The translations under genes and the position numbers were made by a program. The notes beneath the pieces were generated by a model that saw nothing but the letters and a program-made list of their open reading frames with translations, ran no database searches and was not told where the DNA came from. From NCBI GenBank assembly GCA_905178155.1, contig CAJINV010000013.1:548344-612343 (forward strand): 64,000 nt of DNA, given 5' to 3'. Origin of the DNA: Amoebophrya sp. A120 (taxonomy: Eukaryota; Protista; Dinoflagellata). Shown one piece after another: positions 59,801 to 64,000 of the stretch (the stretch's first letter is position 1; every line of letters begins with the position of its first letter).

Positions 59801-62800
59801 AGAGGCGAGTGAGCTTTCTGTACTGCTAGCAGCGAAATCGGAAGAGTTGGAAAAACAAAGTGAAGCCGCAGCTGCGAAATTGCAGGAAGCAGTACTGGCG
59901 AAGAGCGAAACTATCGCAAAACTCGAAGAAGACGCAAAACAATCGGCAGCGCTCGTAGAGCAAAAACAGGAAGAGCTTGAGGCGGTGCGCGCGCAGCTCG
60001 AACAACAGAAAAACGGCGCGTCAACGGAACAGCAAGCGTTGGTGGTAGAGAAAGAAGCAGAAATTGCGGAAAGAAAGGAAGAAGCGAAGCACCTCTCGGC
60101 ACTGCTGCAGGAAAAGGAAAAGGAAGTGTTGAAGCTGCAACAGGACAAAGCGTCATCTGCAGAGCAACACGAAGCTGTTTTGCTCCAAAAAGACGAAGAA
60201 ATCCAGACAAAAACCGAGGAAGCGAAGTACTTGTCGACGCAGTTGCAAGAGCTAGAATCAGAGAAGGAAAGAGCGCTCGCCGATCTGAAACAGGACCTGT
60301 CTGACAAAGAGCAGACAATTCACCTGTTGTCGTCGGAGCTCGAAGTCTCGCGCAGAACCGCAGCCACTTTGGTTCTTGAGCAGGAACTACCCCCAGAAGT
60401 GGACCCGCAGAATACTACCACAGCTCCCATTTCCATCCCAGCGCCAGCAGCACACGAAACGTCAGCACCCGCTCCCGCACCGAACGACATTGAAAGCGAA
60501 CTGTTTCAAGACGACGACATATTTGTTGATGAAGGCACAACTGCAGCTGCTGCCCCGGCCGTTCCCTCAGCGACTTCCACGACAACACTTTTCACCCCCG
60601 TTGCCCCACCCCCGAAAACTTCATCCGCGAATCAAGATATCGCCGCAGCGCAAAGAACCCTTGTAGCGGAAGAAGAGCTGCAGGCTCTTCAGGAAAAAAG
60701 CGAAAAGCAAAAGAACGAGTTGGAAAAACTTAATTCCGAACTCTCCTTCCTCCAACAGCAGCTGGATCCCCTAACCCAGCAGAACGCGAGCCTAACCGAA
60801 CAGAACGCGAGCCTAAGCGAGGAAAACGCGAATCTGACCGAAAAAAACGCGATTTTGAGCAAAGACCTAGAAAAGCAAAGCTCCGAAATCGAGGATTTGA
60901 AGCAAGCGAAGAGCAACATTCTGATCGACAATGACGTCTTTGTCCGCGAGACCGCTACGAAGGAAGCGAAATTTCTGGAACTCCTGAGGGACAAGGAGGA
61001 AAACGAGTCGAGCATGCTGCAGCAGATTCAGCAGCTGACGGAAAGGAACACAGGAAAGGAGCAGGAAATCGCGGAGATAATGTTGCGGCAAAACGAGCTC
61101 GAGACGAAAGTGAAAGAAATTGAAGCAGAATTGGGGAAAACGGAAGAAGAAAAGGAAAGCTTGCGGATGCGGATGGAAGAAGCCGAAAGCGAGCGAGCGA
61201 ATTTAGCTCTTGCGGCGGTCGTGCAGCAGGAGCCATCTTCAAACGCGCGGCCTTCTGCAGAAACGGAAGCTGCAAGAACGTCAGCAGTGGTGGAAAAGGC
61301 GGAGCCATCGTCCGCACTCGAGAAGCAGGCTGGAGAGGAGGATCCATGGGCGGACGACGACGGTATGTGGGGAGATGACGACCAGAATGCTGGGGCTACA
61401 ACTGAGGTACTCCTCACAGCTGCACCCCCCGCTCCTCCAGCAGCGTCCGATACTTCGGTGCCCGAGGGACAAGATGGGGAGGTCCACGCCAGACAGGAAG
61501 TTCCCACGACATCAAGCGATGACCGACGTCTTGCGGAACAAGAACAGACGATCCAAAACCTCGGTCGCTGGTGTCTCTCGGACCAGGAAAAAACGATCCT
61601 AGAAATGAGGAAAGAGATCGAGACAAAAGAGCAAAATGCAGAAAAGACGCTGAGCGAAATGGACAACGTAAAGGAAGAACTAGAGCTGAAAATAGCTGGA
61701 TTGGACACGGAAGTTTCTGACTTGAAACAACAGCTGCAACTCGCGGAGGAAGCGAAACTAGCAGCGGAAGAGCAGCTTTCCTCCGCTTTGCTCGTCGCGC
61801 GACAGAAAAGCGAAAACGAACAGCAGGAGCACGAGGAGAATCTCGAAAAAGATCGTGCGGTTTCCAAACAGCTCGAAGTTGACATGGAGAAGTTATGTCA
61901 GGAAAAAACAGAACTCGAACAGTCCTTCAAGCAACAAATCAACGACCTCGAGGATCAGATCGCGGAGCTGCAGACGCGCCATTTAACTGAGCAGATGGAG
62001 TGGAAGGGAAAACTGCAGGAGGAAAAAGAAGCCGCGGTTTCGCAAGCAGAAAAGGCGGCTCTGGACCGCTTCCAGGGAGAAGCGAGTGTGAAAGATAAAG
62101 AGCTTTCTTCCCTCCGGGAAATCAACGCGGAAAGAGATGAACAAATTGTTTCGTTGGAAAAACATTTGCAGACCGCGATGGAAAAGCTGGAAAACGCGAG
62201 CGAAACTATGGAAGGGAAAACCTTTGAGCTCCGTCAACAGTTGGAATCTGCGGAACAAGTGAAAAGCCAGCTGGAGCAAGATTTGGCGAGGGCAAAAGAG
62301 GAGCAGCAGAAGTTCATTCTTGCCAAAAACGAGGAATTTGCTGCCAGAGAGCGAGAATTGCAGGAAAACTCGGATCTGCAAACCCTGCAGAACGCGAAAC
62401 AGGCCTTGCAGCTGCAACTCGACGCCGCGACGACGCGCTCGCAGGAGTTCGCGGAGAAATGCCAGATGGAGCTCGGGAGCTACCGGGAGAAGTTGCTCTT
62501 TTTGGAGAAGGAAAAGCAGGATCTTTCGGATAAGGTTCTGCGACTGAACAAGAATTTGTTAGAAGTGAACAGCGAAAACGACGCCTTGGTCGCGGATATG
62601 GAGGAAAAGGAGGAAAAACTGATGCAGTACGAGATGCAGCAACCGATGCCGCAGCAGCAATTCCACGCGGCGGCAAATGGACACCACCACTACGGCAATA
62701 CTATGTTGCACCACACCCGGCCCCAGAAGCAGTCCATCCGCATTCACCACCTACAGGAGGAGAACAGCTTGCTGAAGCACGACGTCGAGTCCTGGAAGGA

Positions 62801-64000
62801 GCGAGAACAAACTGCGTGCGCCAAAATCGAAGAGATCATCGCGGATGGAGAAAGGCTCTGGTACGAGTGGGAGCAGGAGAAGCAGGTCCTGGTTGCGGAG
62901 AACCTTGAAACGCAGAAGAACGCGAAACTCTACATCAAACAGTCACGAGAAGCTTATCTCCGGTTGAAGAAGGAGGGGTCCGAGTATTGCGCTGGGCTGG
63001 AAAAGCAGCTCGCTTTGCTGCAGCAAAAGGTGGACAGCAAGGGGAATCCGGTGACGAGAGACCCGCTGGACACCGCGCGGACGGACGGCTTCAACAACGG
63101 AGCGAGCCCCGTTTCCCACATTCATGAGACCAATAGTCCGCAGGGAAGTGGCACCAGAGCGGGCAGCTTTGCGGAGATTGCGAACTTTCTGGAAAACGAC
63201 GTCGGCCCGCCGCCCATCGGCAGCTCCAAGGAAAGCAATACAGCGAAGGAGCAGATACGCCTTTTGGATTTGGAAGTGCAAAAGTACAAGGAGAAGTGCG
63301 CTCTGCTGGAACAGCAGCTCAGTGAGGTGGGGAGAAGGATAGCAAGCAGCGATAAGAAGTCCTTTTCCGGCTCGCCCGATCTCGTCGGTGTGGATTTGCA
63401 AATGCCGACGAGTGCGGAGAAACAGGCCGGGATGAACAATGTCAAGCGCGCAAGTCAGATGACGAAGATCGTCGACGCCCTTGGCGAGTCGGTAAGGACG
63501 ACAAATCTGCACGGGACGCCGCAGGTCGGAGTCAACAACGACTCGCCGGAACTCCTGCCGCAGCATCCTATGGGCACTCCTCTGATCAAGGAAGATGAGG
63601 AGGGCTGGGATTGGGAAGACGACGATGTTGATCCTCTGGGCGGAAACAAGACTTCTACAACCGGTGCGGAACAAGAGCAAAAAAAGAATGCACCGCCGGA
63701 AGCAAATACAAATATCAACAAACCTGCTGCAGAAGCTGCGTCCAAGCACCTTTTCGCCGGCCCAAATCCTTCAGCAACTCCAACCGAGCAGGAAACCGTG
63801 ATCAAAAACCTCCAAAAAGAGCGATCGGAGCTGCAGTCGGAACTGCAGCAGACAGTCGACGAGAAGTTGCAATTAGAGCAGTTGGTCACGTCCCTCCAAA
63901 ACGAAAAGTCCGAACTCCAGCTGCTGACGCAGAAGGACAAAATCCAGCTGTCCGCTGCGGTTTCCGGAACGATGCGGAAGTTCTCGAATTCCTTGATGCC
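53873..64000 (+). CDS. Very large golgin-like coiled-coil protein with acidic Trp motifs (3' end beyond window)
   Basis: GT-AG introns 54118-54330, 54473-54651, 56797-56981, 57387-57534; introners at 55055, 55250, 59252; last exon 59509 to >64000 appears open (missing from the ORF track, consistent with no stop); E/K/Q/L heptads, DDGWGD-type motifs. Confidence 0.85.
55055..55205. mobile_element. Introner family F (151 bp), TSD agccg
   Basis: Perfect 21-bp subterminal IR tgcaaaagtatcgtactcgta; TAT..ATA ends. Confidence 0.93.
55250..55508. mobile_element. Introner family A (259 bp), TSD acaga/acaaa
   Basis: Family A TIRs; body resembles the reverse complement of the 2454 copy; excision gives EQ-KRDY. 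Confidence 0.93.
59252..59503. mobile_element. Introner family A (252 bp), TSD cagtg/cactg
   Basis: Reverse-complement sister of 3481-3732; excision gives DS-EIAEK. Confidence 0.95.

Noticed and set aside
55521-63940. Long Ser/Phe-rich minus-strand ORFs
   Set aside because: Antisense of the E/K-rich coiled-coil exons.

Overview
Eukaryotic, intron-rich DNA that looks dinoflagellate and most resembles the syndinian parasite Amoebophrya. Evidence: a 17-nt relic of the dinoflagellate spliced leader at 38733, about 11 genes all on the + strand, and abundant non-canonical introns. The main signal is about 20 transposon-like introns (introners), mostly 150-350 bp, in at least 6 sequence families. 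Nearly all start TAT, end ATA, have terminal inverted repeats (TIRs) and sit between 5-bp direct repeats (TSDs). All lie inside coding exons, they occur in either orientation, and removing element plus one TSD restores the reading frame, usually with no GT-AG option. One introner has grown to 5 kb (14573-19559) by taking in a roughly 0.7-kb element and a 5'-truncated RTE-like LINE. Another carries a 134-bp retro-type insert. Genes: a choline transporter-like protein; two paralogous membrane proteins with GGGSxAx heptad tails; a circularly permuted class-3 lipase; a hypothetical membrane protein; a single-domain voltage-gated-like channel; a small Cys-rich protein; a PAN/sulfotransferase protein; a divergent SF1/BBP with an extra KH domain; a fucosyltransferase-like protein; and a golgin-like coiled-coil protein that runs off the window. 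Exon structures were worked out by eye from frame continuity, with no RNA data or database searches.
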